Of a stretch of DNA of 36,805 bases, positions 11,334 to 23,935 are shown piece after piece (position 1 is the first letter of the stretch; the number at the start of each line of letters is the position of its first letter). Origin of the DNA: Octopus bimaculoides (taxonomy: Eukaryota); NCBI RefSeq assembly GCF_001194135.2, contig NC_068982.1:30363741-30400545 (forward strand). The letters are read 5' to 3'. A model generated the notes under the pieces. The model made no database searches, was not told the origin of the DNA, and was given only the letters and a program-made list of their open reading frames with translations. The translations under genes were made by a program, and so were the position numbers.

Positions 11334-11395
<62 letters not shown>
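11265..11395. repeat. Long imperfect (CT)n microsatellite
   Basis: Directly visible polypyrimidine dinucleotide tract. Confidence 0.95.
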
Positions 11396-11399
<4 letters not shown>

Positions 11400-12537
11400 T
11401 ATTTGAAATGAAATTATTAGCTCTGCCAAATCTATCTCATTACCTAAACCATTATGTAAAGTTATTCCGGTCCGTGCTTTCAATTCCCAATGCAATCTTT
11501 TAGTATAGTATTTAGATGTTGCCATACAATCTATTGAGTCAACACCTGATACAATGTTGGAAAGGTTTTAATTTTCTCAAAAGAAAGGATTGACCACCTT
11601 CAGTTGCAATTGCCTTGTTCCTTTATGTATTTACTACTAAATTATACATTTTTGTTATTTATTATATAGATTTACCTTGTGCTTTATTTCTGTTTACTAA
11701 TATCATTGCATAACGACCACCGCAATGGTTTCTCTCATTATTATTGCATAACTTAATCTCATATAAAAATGGGGCATATATTCTGATCGCAGATTTTATT
11801 TACATTTGTTTAGTAGATATATTTAATACAGTTGACATTAGTGAATTTATACTGTCTAGGATAACATGAATTACCTTATATTGCTCATGTAATAAATAGA
11901 TTTGCAATGCCTACGTTGTGATGTTACTTTGTAAATCTAAAGATTTCCAATACTGCTGCTTCCTGTTGTGTGTTATTAATTATAATTTATCAAGCATTTT
12001 GTTTTCCTGTTAGGTTTCGATGTTTGCTTACTGTAGATGTTGCTTTACTCTTCAGAATCTTTAGTTTACTGTATAGATTGCTGTTCTTAGATTTGTTGGC
12101 ATATGTTTTATAAACTATTTCTATTTAAGCCTTGATTGCTGTGATGACGGTAGTTGTGCTTGCTATTACTGTTTAACGCTGTCTTAGCCATAATCCAGGG
12201 AACTCGGGGCGAAAATATTCTAGTCATGACCATTCTGCCTTTTTTACAGACACCGCCTTTTGGTGTATCTTTGATTACACCATCTAATATAACGTTTCTA
12301 TCATGAGACTGTAGGATATGATTTGAGAGGGAGGGTTAGATGCTACTTCTAGCAGTTTGAATAATCTTGTTGCTGTTTTTAGCTTTGGAGTCATGTAGAT
12401 GTAACCCTTATTAACACCCTTTGTTAAAAACAGTTTATTTTACTAATTATAGTTAGCATATATTATTTTGCTAGTAACTGCTCCACTTCTGAACCAGTAA
12501 AAGAATGTTTATGCAGTCACCCAATTTGTTAGAAATA

Positions 12538-13118
12538 GGTGCAGGCATGGTTAAAAAGCACTTTTTGAAACCATGTGGTTTCATGTTCAGTTCCACTGCA
12601 CAGCACTTTGGGCAAGTGTTTTTCATCATAACCTCAGGCCAATCAATGCTTTATGAGTGAACTTGGTGGTAGTCAAAATGCGTGGAAGCCCACTATATAT
12701 GTGTATATGAGGAGCTGCTGAAAAGTTCCTAGTTGTAAGGTTATGGCAAAAGACCTGGTTGGTGACCCAACCTTCGGAGTTCTTTTACATGTCTTAGAAA
12801 AACTGAAGAACTGCTGCAATGAGTGTGTGAACCTAAGAGGGGAATATGTTGAATAAAATCCTAATTAACTGGTTCTCCTGTATTTTCTTTTACCCAAAGC
12901 CAAAAACTTTTCAACACCCCCTCGTATGTGTGTTTGTCCCCTACTGCCACCAGTGTTGGTTTAGTTTATGCCCTTGTGACCTAGTGGTTCAGCAAAAGTG
13001 ACTAATAGAGTAAATACCTAATTTAAAAAGCAAATACCGGGGTTGATTTGTTCAACTAGAATCCTTCAAGGTGATACCCCAGCAAATCCACAATCGAATG
13101 GCTGAAACTAGTAATAGA
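12538..13118 (+). mobile_element. Family-A SINE interrupted by the mariner MITE
   Basis: The head (12540-12690) and tail (12925-13118) match the 27000 copy; the MITE sits in the internal TA/TG tract. Confidence 0.8.
12708..12924 (+). mobile_element. 217-bp non-autonomous mariner derivative (MITE)
   Basis: TA duplication at 12706-07 and 12925-26. Imperfect TIRs are TGAGGAGCTGCTGAAAAGTT (left) and CGAGGGGGTGTTGAAAAGTT (right, reverse complement), 16/20 identical. The internal LEKLKNCCNECVNLRGEYVE* resembles a mariner transposase C-terminus. Confidence 0.85.
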
Positions 13119-13442
13119 TAAACAATAAATCTCTCAAATGACAACCTATTTCTTTAACCTTTAGGAGACAACAAAGCCAATCTGTCGGCCAAAAAGTCAA
13201 ATAACAAAGAAGATTGGTTTATTTTGTTAGTTCATTCAATTTCCTACAAGAATATATATAGTTTTATATATGTAAAGTAATTGCTTTATTTTTTATGATT
13301 TAAAAAAAAAAAAATAAGTGCATGCCCTCTGTAGGGCTTGTGAAAAGGGCTTTGTCTTCTTGGCACTAAAACTCCAAATGAGGCTCCATCTCCAAAAGGG
13401 TTAAAATACATTTAATAATAATATTAATAACAATTCAATAAT

Positions 13443-13797
13443 AACGAGCACTCAAAGAGCGCAAGCCTCTCTGCTAAGGCAACACCAACGTCCTATCAAC
13501 GATTAGCCAGAGATGATTTTTAAAATGAGAATATCTGAAATAGACTCGACTGCTCTCACAAACAAGAATACTAAAAATGAACTCAACTGCTCTCAAAATT
13601 TAAGTAAAAAAAGACAGAAAAATAATCCAGAACCGGATTGATCCCAAAATCTAATCAGTTTGTGCCAGTCACGAAGCCAAGCATCCCTGAAAATTTAATC
13701 CGAATCCCTCCAGTGGTTCTTGAGATATCTTGTCTACGGACAAGCAAGCAAACGTGACTGAAAACAATATCTCTGCCTTGACTAAGGCGGAGGTAAT
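13443..13797 (-). mobile_element. Helentron-associated non-autonomous element (DINE-1/HINE-like architecture)
   Basis: The minus strand has a 5' palindrome ACCTCCGCCTT-agtc-AAGGCAGAGAT (+ strand 13769-13794), a short GTTTGCTTGCTTGTCC microsatellite, a 3' subterminal repeat (+ strand 13466-13479), a terminal hairpin GCGCTC-TTT-GAGTGC (13448-13462) and T-rich ends. Confidence 0.7.
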
Positions 13798-14364
13798 AAT
13801 AGGGCTGTACCAGACTCCAGTTCCTCAGCTTACCAGCCCTGGTCAAGCCGTTCAACCCTTGCCAGCATGGACAATGTACACTAAATGATGATGATGATGC
13901 ATACATGATTCTTAAAAAAAGAAACCAAATCTGGTATCCTTCCAGCTTTAAGTGTTGTTTTGCTCAATCAAGGCTGATTTGGAGTTAAGCAGCAACTGTT
14001 TCTTTGGATTTGACATTTCCACATTTGTTCTGAAAATTTTGTGAATTAAAGGTATCAACTATTTTAACTAAACAAGTAAGAAAACTCTCATCTTGGCATC
14101 TTATTTATAAATTTTATCCAGTTTTCGATTTAGCTATTGATTTGGGGATTAGTGCTAACAAAAACAAAACAGAAGAGAAAAGAATCGATAGCAGATTCAG
14201 TTTAGCATTGGAACAAAATACCTTTCGGTATTTAATTATGACCCCCACACCCAACTTTGCCTTTGATCACCAATTAATTAAATACTAATCAAAGATTGAT
14301 GTCAAAATTAATCAGTTGTACCACTGAAGCTGATACTCCAGCATGACTACTGTTCAATGATTAA

Positions 14365-14582
14365 CCCTTCAGCATTTAAACCAGTCATATCCGGTCTAAA
14401 TATTTTTCCTGCTCTATATTCAAACAGGCCAGATCTGGCCTCTCATACTTACCTTACAATGTCGTTCTAAAAATAAACAGATGCATCATTGAAATCTCAA
14501 CGCTGCAAGGTAGTACATAATTGGTTCAAAGCAATGGGAATAAATAAGCATTAAATTCGACAGTAATCTGGATGTTAAAAGA
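14365..14582. mobile_element. TTAA-flanked MITE, same family, opposite orientation, inserted in a SINE tail
   Basis: TTAA at 14361-64 and 14583-86; starts CCCTTCAGCATTTAAACC and is similar to the reverse complement of the 8067 and 25441 copies. Confidence 0.78.
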
Positions 14583-14865
14583 TTAAAACGACTGTAAAAG
14601 AATACTAAATATCTTAGGAACATTTAACTAAAAAAGTTTATTTTTCTATGGTTATATTGTTATATTAAATCTGAACTAAATACAGTTCTAATCCATCTCG
14701 AAATTGATACTGGGAATTTAATTAGAAAAATTCCGAAAGAGAGTTATTATTTTTTCTTCTTTTGTTTTTACCATTTAGAAGAAATCAGTTTTATTATATT
14801 TTAATTTATAAGTTGAACACATATCCTTTCTGTACAAACATTGCTAACTTTCATATGACGTCCAA

Positions 14866-14930
14866 TGCATGTGTATGTGCATGCATGTGTATGTGCATGC
14901 ATGTGTATGTGCATGCATGTGTGTGTGTGT
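14866..14930. repeat. 16-bp tandem repeat ATGCATGTGTATGTGC (about 3 copies) running into (TG)n
   Basis: Directly visible. Confidence 0.9.
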
Positions 14931-15206
14931 CTGTGTATCCAAGCTGGTTATTGTAATTAGTCTCTGGGGTGATATACAGATCAATGAATACTTATTCAAA
15001 TAGTTCTATCTTTGCTGAGTGTGTTTTAAAAATGTCTATAAAGCCATCATTTGTCAGTGCTCAAACTATCAGGGAAAGTGAGGTAATCTATCAATATTAT
15101 TGATAATTTGAAAATCACATATAATGCCTGCAATATACACGCATGCCCACACTTATACAGAGTTGTGTGTATGCATTCACTGATACATACATACAAACAT
15201 CTCTCT

Positions 15207-15256
<50 letters not shown>

Positions 15257-17086
15257 TCACACACACATAAACATACACTCATTATATACATACACATAAA
15301 CCCATTGTGTATGTATATATATATATACTCACTTATATATACACAACATGCACACACTTATATACATACATGTATATATTAGCATGTGTGCATAAGTTTA
15401 TGTGTCAAAAAGACAAAGAAGGAACAGTCATTTCATGGAATTGGGAGGGGATTCTTATTGGAAAACTGTAAGAGACTGTATAGATAATAAAAAAAAAAGA
15501 CAGAAAATGAAAAGAAAAATTTGAAAGAGAAAAAAAAAAGTAGGAAAGAAAATAAAGAAAATGATAATATAATAAATCTTATCAGTTAATCATCATTGGC
15601 ACTTTTCTTATCAATTGTTTGTATGTTTGCCTTCTTACATTTTCATCAGTTGCAGAATTTGTCCTTTTATTCCATTTTTGTTTCCCCCTTTCAAGAAAAC
15701 ATTACTATCTGTATGGTGACTTGTAACACCTAAAAGATAAGAAATGTTATGGGTATTACGAATTATTTTGCTGATCTAATTTAAATATTTAATTAATGAT
15801 GACATAAAGATTGATGTAGATAGCAAATATGATGCGTAAACGTCAGGGGAGGTAGATGTAAAGATGAAAATGTTACTAGCTTTGTGGGAACACATAACTA
15901 GTGTATGTATGTTTTTGTTTCATTAAAGTTTTAGTTATGTTCATTCTATATCTTTCATTTTCCCAATATTCCCGCTAGCTTCACAGTCTCTCAAATGCAA
16001 TAAACATGTTCTGATTACTTTCATACAAGCCATGCCTTTATCCATTTGGGAATAAGATGAGATGAAGACTGCATATGTGGGCTATTAATTTTCTATGAGT
16101 TTTGTGGGGGACAATGATGAGGTGGAGCTAAATTTTTAGTATGCAGGTTATCTGTTTGTTTATGCTATAGGGGTGAAATATTTGTTTCGTGTATTTCTGT
16201 AACCATGCTGTAATTCATACTGACTGTTTATTAATGTGGTTTTGTTTTCAAATAAATAATCTACTACACCATAGATCTTGCTTAGTTGTTGATGCACTAT
16301 TTTGTCTCATATAGTGCCTATCTACTTCTCATACTAATTTAATGTTACAAAATGTGTACTTATGTTGGTTGTAGTGAGTTTTAAACAGGTTTAAAGTTAG
16401 TTGTATATGGCATTATGTTTGATTATAGCAAATTGTATTTGCAGTTGTTTTGGTTAGCCATAATTTGTATCTTTTATAAATATTTGAGGAGGCAAGTATT
16501 TGAATAGATTATATTTTTGTCTTTGTATTTTTCTCTGTGTATTGTTTATATTGCTGCCCATTTTTGTCTCTAAGTAGGTCACCTCTGAATTTGGTAAAAT
16601 AATTGCTCCACCTTTGTCTTTATAACAGAATGCCTTTTACATTGTTTGACAGCTTCCCATTGTCGGAGAAGAACAGATTTACATATGTAGTGTATTAAAT
16701 ATATGACTGTTTTAATATTATCTTCTGTATCAGGTTCTTGTGTTAGGTGAATTTTTCTTTTCTCAATACTAAGGTTCCAAAATTAATAATTTTACTCTGA
16801 TCTTCAAAACGAAAGGGTGCTGGCATGTTTACTGCCTCTATAATACTAGGTAGAGCCAATAAAATGGCTGCAACACTTTGCTTTACTGTAACCACACTAT
16901 GACAATATAGAAACATTGTTGATGGTTTGCAGAACAACACCATTCCAAACAAATAGCATAGAACTTATACAAAAACAATGTAGAAAGTAAGACACCAAAC
17001 AAATCAAAGAAAAGCCCTTGATTAAAAGAGCAGATAAAGCTAGAATATTGTCACATGTTCCATACAAGGGAAAGCTGTCTCATATC

Positions 17087-17137
<51 letters not shown>

Positions 17138-18148
17138 TAAATGTGTGAGTGTGTATATATATGTTTGTATGTGTGTGTATATATATATATATATATATAC
17201 AAACATACATATGCATGTGTGTATGTATATATGTGAGTTAATTTCCTTTCTTTCTTTCTCTCTCTCTCTCTCTCTCCGTTATCCTCCTCCCACTATTGCC
17301 TGACCGATGACGACCTAAGGTGGTGCTGTTCTTATTCATGTTGCCTTCAACTGCACCAGTCATGATTTTCTGAGCTTCTTGCTCTACCCCTCCCATGTCT
17401 ATAGTCCTTTAGGACAGTTTTCATTTCTCCTTCGTGTTACCCACTTTTGTCTTGTCTTGCAGCCATAAGGCTTTTCTTTTTTGTATATGTATTATTATCA
17501 TTATTAATTGTTGTTTTCATGTGACCCTAAGCCTTTATTCTGTTTATTGTTTTTTCCCTTGTCTGTCCACTAACGGTCTCATCTCAAGCCTGTCTCATTT
17601 TGTTATATTTTGGTCGCATTCCTGGCAAATTTCTTCCTGGTGCTTCCAGAGTGGAAGCAATATTATCGATTGTGGCTGAAATTGCATTTGACCCTCTGGC
17701 CGATAACTGATGGAGAGTTGGTGACCGTCTGTGTTTTTTGTCCACATGTGTATTTAGTATATGTTTGTTTGTTTATTTACTACACCTTTTTTTAAAAACT
17801 TTATATATAAATATATAAATATATATATATATATATATATGTTAATTCTCTAAATGAAGTATTAACAGTAACTGCACGATAAAGTGTAGTATATTGCCAC
17901 TTAAGTGTGGCTGACCCCTAGGGGTGGATGTTACTGTTGCTTTTAGCCCCAGGAGGACATCTCCTCCAGCTGGCTTATCGACACACGACTGTGTCCTGTT
18001 TGCCAAGGGAAGCTATCCCTCTCACCTCGATCTGCAGCACGAACGTATCCGGATTTCAGGGTTATTTCCGTTCGTCGGCATCCGACAGCTGCTGACCTTG
18101 GTGAGAGAGACAAAAACCTGGCAAACTTATATCTTCTTTTCCAGTGAA

Positions 18149-18726
18149 NNNNNNNNNNNNNNNNNNNNNNNNNNNNNNNNNNNNNNNNNNNNNNNNNNNN
18201 NNNNNNNNNNNNNNNNNNNNNNNNNNNNNNNNNNNNNNNNNNNNNNNNNNNNNNNNNNNNNNNNNNNNNNNNNNNNNNNNNNNNNNNNNNNNNNNNNNNN
18301 NNNNNNNNNNNNNNNNNNNNNNNNNNNNNNNNNNNNNNNNNNNNNNNNNNNNNNNNNNNNNNNNNNNNNNNNNNNNNNNNNNNNNNNNNNNNNNNNNNNN
18401 NNNNNNNNNNNNNNNNNNNNNNNNNNNNNNNNNNNNNNNNNNNNNNNNNNNNNNNNNNNNNNNNNNNNNNNNNNNNNNNNNNNNNNNNNNNNNNNNNNNN
18501 NNNNNNNNNNNNNNNNNNNNNNNNNNNNNNNNNNNNNNNNNNNNNNNNNNNNNNNNNNNNNNNNNNNNNNNNNNNNNNNNNNNNNNNNNNNNNNNNNNNN
18601 NNNNNNNNNNNNNNNNNNNNNNNNNNNNNNNNNNNNNNNNNNNNNNNNNNNNNNNNNNNNNNNNNNNNNNNNNNNNNNNNNNNNNNNNNNNNNNNNNNNN
18701 NNNNNNNNNNNNNNNNNNNNNNNNNN
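18149..18726. other. Assembly gap (578 N)
   Basis: Run of N. Confidence 1.
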
Positions 18727-19984
18727 ATATATATGTATGTATGTGTGTATGTCTGTATTTCAGAAAATGCTATAGTTTTAACAATCATCAGCTAGCTTGT
18801 TATGTGTACTCGTGCAATCTGAGAATAACTGAAGAATGAATGTTACATTGATGTCATATTGATTGAAACATTGGGTTAAAAAGACAGTGTGTGTGTGTGA
18901 GAGAGAGAGAGAGAGATAGAGGGAGAGATGAAAATGAAGAAAAAGCCCATAAAGGTCAAGATAACTTGAAAATTTGTGTTTTCCAATACATAATGTCCGA
19001 AAAAGTTGATTGGTTTCATTTGTGTGTGTGTGTGTGTGTGTGTTTTCTCAGTGTGTGTGTGTGTGTGGATACAGTGAGAGAGAAATAATGAGCAGCTTCC
19101 CACTGGCAAGAACTTTAGTGGTTTGTTATTACTAAATAGTTAAGTCATATCATAACTGTTAGTTTCTTAATACATTCCTTGATGTTAGCTCACATAATTC
19201 AAATTGTTTGTCATTCTAATTTCCATGACGTTGTTGCCAGTTGAGTTGTTCATTAACAACAAATGAAATACAGAAATTCTCTCCTTTTATCGTTTTGACT
19301 GACAACACCACCTACTGAGAATTCTTGCTGAGGTAAAAACTGTTATTTAAATAGAACCAATTTATTTCAGTTAGGTAAATGTTCAGGAAAGCTCTATCTC
19401 TACTGTATTACACTTTTGCTATCCAACTGATTTCCATGATGCCAATTGTGTGTGTCAGTATGTTTGGCATCATCCACTTAACACCAGCAAATAAATATCG
19501 GGAATTTGCCACCGCAAATAAATATGACAAATTTCCCTCCTGGTGGGTTAAGTGTTGTAGTATGCACAGACCGCATCGCCCTTGATAAAGTCTGTGATGG
19601 TAGTGGGGATTGGAAATTGGTCCTTTATTGATAAGAATCATTTTCATGAACCCCAATCTTCCATTTTTTGTCTTTAACATTTATTATTACTTCCAGCAAA
19701 ACATTTTTACTGCAATGGTTTGATGGATTTCTCAGCATTAGCTAAGTTTTTGTATTCCTCCAAATAAATAATTTCCTCATTCCCAAATTGCTTCATGTTA
19801 TACCTCAAAGAAGTTCTTTCTTTCTGTCAAAGACTCAAACTTTTTTTTTTTTTTCCTAAAAACAAATGGTACAGAAATCCATTCAAAGGTATAGACTGAC
19901 CAATCCTTGTGGCTGTTTTTCTTTTTTTCTTTAAGTCTTGATTAAGTGTATGGAAATGATGTTCAGCTCCTGTAAGACGTAAAA

Positions 19985-20292
19985 CAATGGTTCTTAACCA
20001 TGGTCCATATGGCTCCTGAGGGTCCATATAAGATTTTTGGGGTTTCTTGCAACAAAATAGTCAATTGGAGATTCTTAATGGTACTTTAAGAATCCCTGAA
20101 AAAATTTTGCGTTGGGTGTATGTTTTGCAATATATAACATTTTACATAATTCAACCTACACAAGTTAACATGTGAAAACGAAAATAGGAATTTTGTAAGA
20201 AATATGTAAAATTTTTTTTATAAACATTGAATAGCTTTGGGATCCATCAGAAAACAATAGTAGTCAAAGGGGTCCATGGGTAAAAAATGAGG
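19985..20292. mobile_element. Second, inverted and more decayed copy of the hAT-type MITE
   Basis: Collinear with the reverse complement of 8811-9142 (e.g. GGGTCCATATAAGATTTT, TTCAACCTACACAAG, AAAGGGGTCCAT). One end is eroded. Confidence 0.8.
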
Positions 20293-21164
20293 TGTAATTT
20301 TATTTGAAAAATGCTCTATTAATTGGCATAGCTATTATCATTCTGTTTCGTACTTATGATGATATATTAAGAACCAATTTTAATTAATATTGCAGTATCA
20401 CAAAACTGAGTTCTAACTGCTAGTTAATAATACTATAATCTTAATTTTTTTTCCTGGTTCATGAAAATTGTACAAATCTGCTGTTTCACCAATTGGGAAG
20501 TCACTAACATTGGCTCAGGGCCACAAATTTTGTGAAACTGGTTGTTCATTTTATCCACCTGGGAAGGCTAAATGGCATAAGTGACATCAACAGTATTTGA
20601 ACTCACAACATAAAAAAACACACCTCAATACCACATGTTTGGTTTACTGCTGTTTGCTGATTGTCAATCTCCTACCCTTTTCTTCTTCCCTTTTCTTATC
20701 CTTTTTTTTTTCTTCCTTTTCTTTTCTTGTCTTGCAACCTCGCAAGTGCTGGTGCACATAAAAGGCACTCAGTACATACTTTAAAGTGGTTGGCATTAAG
20801 AAAGGCATTGGGCTATTGAAAGGCTTTGATATTAATTGGTGCATATAGAAAATGATGGCTGAGTGTAAAAATAGCAAACAATACAAGTATGGAAGCCTGA
20901 AGAAGACCAGAGAGATGAGACTTGGAAAAGCTAACATTTGAGCTTGAAGCAATCTTGCAGCTGATTGGATTGTCAAACTGTCCAACCCATGCCAGCATGG
21001 AAAATGGATTTTAAATGATGTTGACAAATGACAATGAAGGTGGTGAACCACAACATAGTTATTCAAACTGCTATATATTGCAACCAAACTGCCCTCAAAT
21101 CACACCCTGTTGCCTTAAATAATGACAGATTTCATTGAACAATGTAGTCCTTGATACCCTTCAC

Positions 21165-21372
21165 ACTTTAGCATTTAAACCAGCCATATTCAGCCAAACT
21201 TTTCTGCTTGTTTTATGTTCCTACTGGCCAGATCTAGTCCGTCACACCTACCCTACAATGTCATTCAAAAATGAACAACCACATCATTGATATCTCAAAG
21301 CCACAGGATAATGTGTGATTAATGTGTAAAAACAGGCATTACATTTGATAGAGTAATCTGAATGCTTAAGGG
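21165..21372. mobile_element. TTAA-flanked MITE, same family, left end eroded
   Basis: Runs from CTTTAGCATTTAAACCAGCC to AATGCTTAAGGG-TTAA. Confidence 0.72.
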
Positions 21373-22319
21373 TTAAAAGAGACAAGATAACGATCATGGC
21401 TGGAGTGTCATTAATCATATATCTGCTCAAACAGGTCTAACCTAGTGTTAAATAGCAGCATCTACATATTAACTACTGAACTATTTGTCGTGACTTTTTT
21501 TTCCCATGCTCATCTTCATTTATGGTACTTGTGTCACTCCTCTCCATATTTTTTGTGCTGTTTTCTTTTCTCTCCTGATGAACTATATCATAGTCTATAA
21601 GATAAAGCTTGGACTTCCACAAATATTTGCTGAGACATCAGAGAATAATTTTGAAACCTAAGTTGCATTATTTCTAAAATCTACTTGTCATTCACGCAAA
21701 AAATAAATAAGTAAATAAACAAAAATATAATAAAAATGCATGAAATATCCTCATTGATGCTTTATAGAATTCTGTCTCATATTTTTTTCTATTTTTTTAA
21801 TTTTATTTGATTGTTTTTGTTTTGTTGAGAATTACATTATATTAATGTTATTATCAGCCTATCACTTTATTCATTGATAATATCGATTGAAAGTTTTCAC
21901 TTTAATGTGGTTCAATGTTTTATATCACTATTACCATAAGTTTTATTATTTCATTAATAATCAATAAGTTTTATTATTTCAATTTTTACCATAACTTGTT
22001 TTCTCTATACTGTGTCCACGACAGAATCATCACTGTCGTCATCGTCGTTGTTGTCATCACCATCATCATCATCATCAGTATTGTCTTTGACATCATTTTA
22101 TGACCAGTCATCAATTATGACATGGGTTGGGTACATATCTTCCATGACAGTGTCTTGCCACTTGTTGTCACTCTCTCTCATCTCTTTCACAGGGTTGAGC
22201 ATTCTATGATCACACCCCCCCACTTCCCCCCCCCCATGTCATCTCTTTGGTCTTCTTTCTACAGGCTTCTATACTCACAACATTTTTCCATTTCTACATT
22301 TGACTGTCATTTTCCATAT

Positions 22320-22757
22320 GCATGAAATATCATTGAAGCCTTTTCCTTTTCTGCTTGGCAGTCGATTTCTCTAAGCACACCTGCACTCTGTTGTTCATAC
22401 ACACTGGTATCATATAAGGAAGGCCACCTACCTTTAGGCATGAATGACAATAGGATTGCACCTAGAAAGTTCCTCTCCAAGGCACAAGTCCAGACAAGGT
22501 TGTTAATGGAAGACCAGCAGTCGCCCATGCATACCGGCCTCTCCTCTCCATACCACCAATGTTATCCAAAGGAAAGGCAAATGCTGATACAGCTTGGCAC
22601 CAGTGATGTCGCAACTCATTTCTACAGCAGAGTGAACTGGAGCAATGTGAAATAAAATGTGTTGTTCAAGAACACAACACACAGCCCAGTCCGGGAATTG
22701 AACTCACTACCTCACGATTCTGAGCCTGATGCTCTAATCACTGAGCCATGTGCCTTC
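22320..22757 (-). mobile_element. tRNA-derived CORE-like SINE
   Basis: Minus-strand tRNA head GGCTCAGTGATTAGAGCA...GAGTTCAATTCCC, followed by TTGAACAACACATTTTATTTCACATTGCTCCAGTTCACTCTGCTGTAGAAATGAG, which resembles the MIR/CORE domain. A CORE-type SINE (OR2) is known from octopus; family identity was not verified. Confidence 0.7.
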
Positions 22758-23281
22758 ATGGTACCATATAGTTGAGCACACATAAATCATTTTTAGCAGC
22801 TTTTACACTTACTCTATTCTGTCTACTCTTATTTCACTACCATACAACATAATAGTTTTGTATTCAGAAATGTTATATAATCTTCACTTCCTTGGAGAGA
22901 AAATCCCTTTGTTACCATCAGATTTAATAATTCCCTGAACTTCTTCCACTCCCTCCTTCTGGCTACTACATTTTTGTTACAACCACTTTTCACTGCTGAT
23001 TACAGAAGTTATGAACTATATACAGAAGACTCCATTTCTTGGTTAGACCTGCTGTCGGTTATTCCATCTATTATATAGGAAATCCCACTTCTTTTTCAGC
23101 TTGCATGCTCTTTGCATCCATAGTTTGTATTAGGCAGATGAGTATGGAGTTCCAACCCACTACCATTCCAGCATGGTCACCTCCCCCCCCCCACTCTCCG
23201 ATCCTGGTGGCAATAGAATGTTGTTTCGTCTTCTAATTAACTGCATCTCATATTATTGAATCATGTGAATTCACCTCCAAC

Positions 23282-23935
23282 TCATCATCATCATCGTTAG
23301 ATACCATCTTAGTATTCAAGATGTATGCTATTCAGTCTTAGCAGATTGAATGCCATACGTCCCTATCTTAGTCTTTCTTGTCCAGTCCTTGCGCATTCAC
23401 TGTATTTATTTACTGTCTGTATTTCTGGTCAGGTGACTTGCCCAAACCATTTCAACTCTTCCATGACAGATGTCCTTATCTTCCATAGCAGTCTTCTTAT
23501 CCTCAATTTAATATCGAGTGTCTTCCAGTGAAGGACATTGCTAGATATTTCATCTTTCTTTCTCCAGCAGTGTCCTGCATAACATGATCTTTCTCCCATT
23601 ACAAAGGCGGTAGTAGGAAGACTACCATGCACTTGTTTGCTCTGTAGAATGTTGCTGCTAAGAAGGATTAAGAACTGCTTTCTTGTGTATATACTGTCAA
23701 GTTTCTTGTTCAGTGTCCATGCTGAAGTGCCACAGAGAAAAACTTATTCAACAGCTTCTTTGAAGAAACACCTCTTCGAGTTATCAGGAAGGGAGGACTT
23801 TCATATAATTTTGAGTCTAAGACATTCCATCCTTTTGCAGTCCTTACTTGGACATCCTTTTCTGTTGAAGCAATGTTATTTCCTAAGTAGGTAAAGTCAT
23901 CAACCATCTTCAAATGGTTTTGTTTTCTGTCCCTG
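23282..23935 (-). mobile_element. 5'-truncated RTE-clade LINE fragment (second family) with (GAT)n tail
   Basis: The minus strand gives MVDDFTYLGNNIASTEKDVQVRTAKGW, then AVE*VFLCGTSAWTL, then CYAGHCWRKKDEISSNVLHWK. It is frameshifted and ends in a (CAT)n tract on the + strand at about 23282. Confidence 0.85.

Noticed and set aside
15900-16620. T/G-rich stretch with cytochrome b-like words (IHLG, TAYVGY, GQ..GA, Y.GEM.V), a possible NUMT
   Set aside because: The motifs fall in different frames with spacing inconsistent with cytochrome b and there are many stops. Without an alignment this is indistinguishable from chance.
17924-18839. Long ORFs of 231-283 aa, and likewise those at 35697-36368
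   Set aside because: Their length comes from runs of N.
22660-22757. tRNA-like sequences with A/B boxes (also at about 24480, 27000, 30600, 34118)
   Set aside because: They are SINE heads continuous with SINE bodies and have no intact cloverleaf, so they are not tRNA genes.
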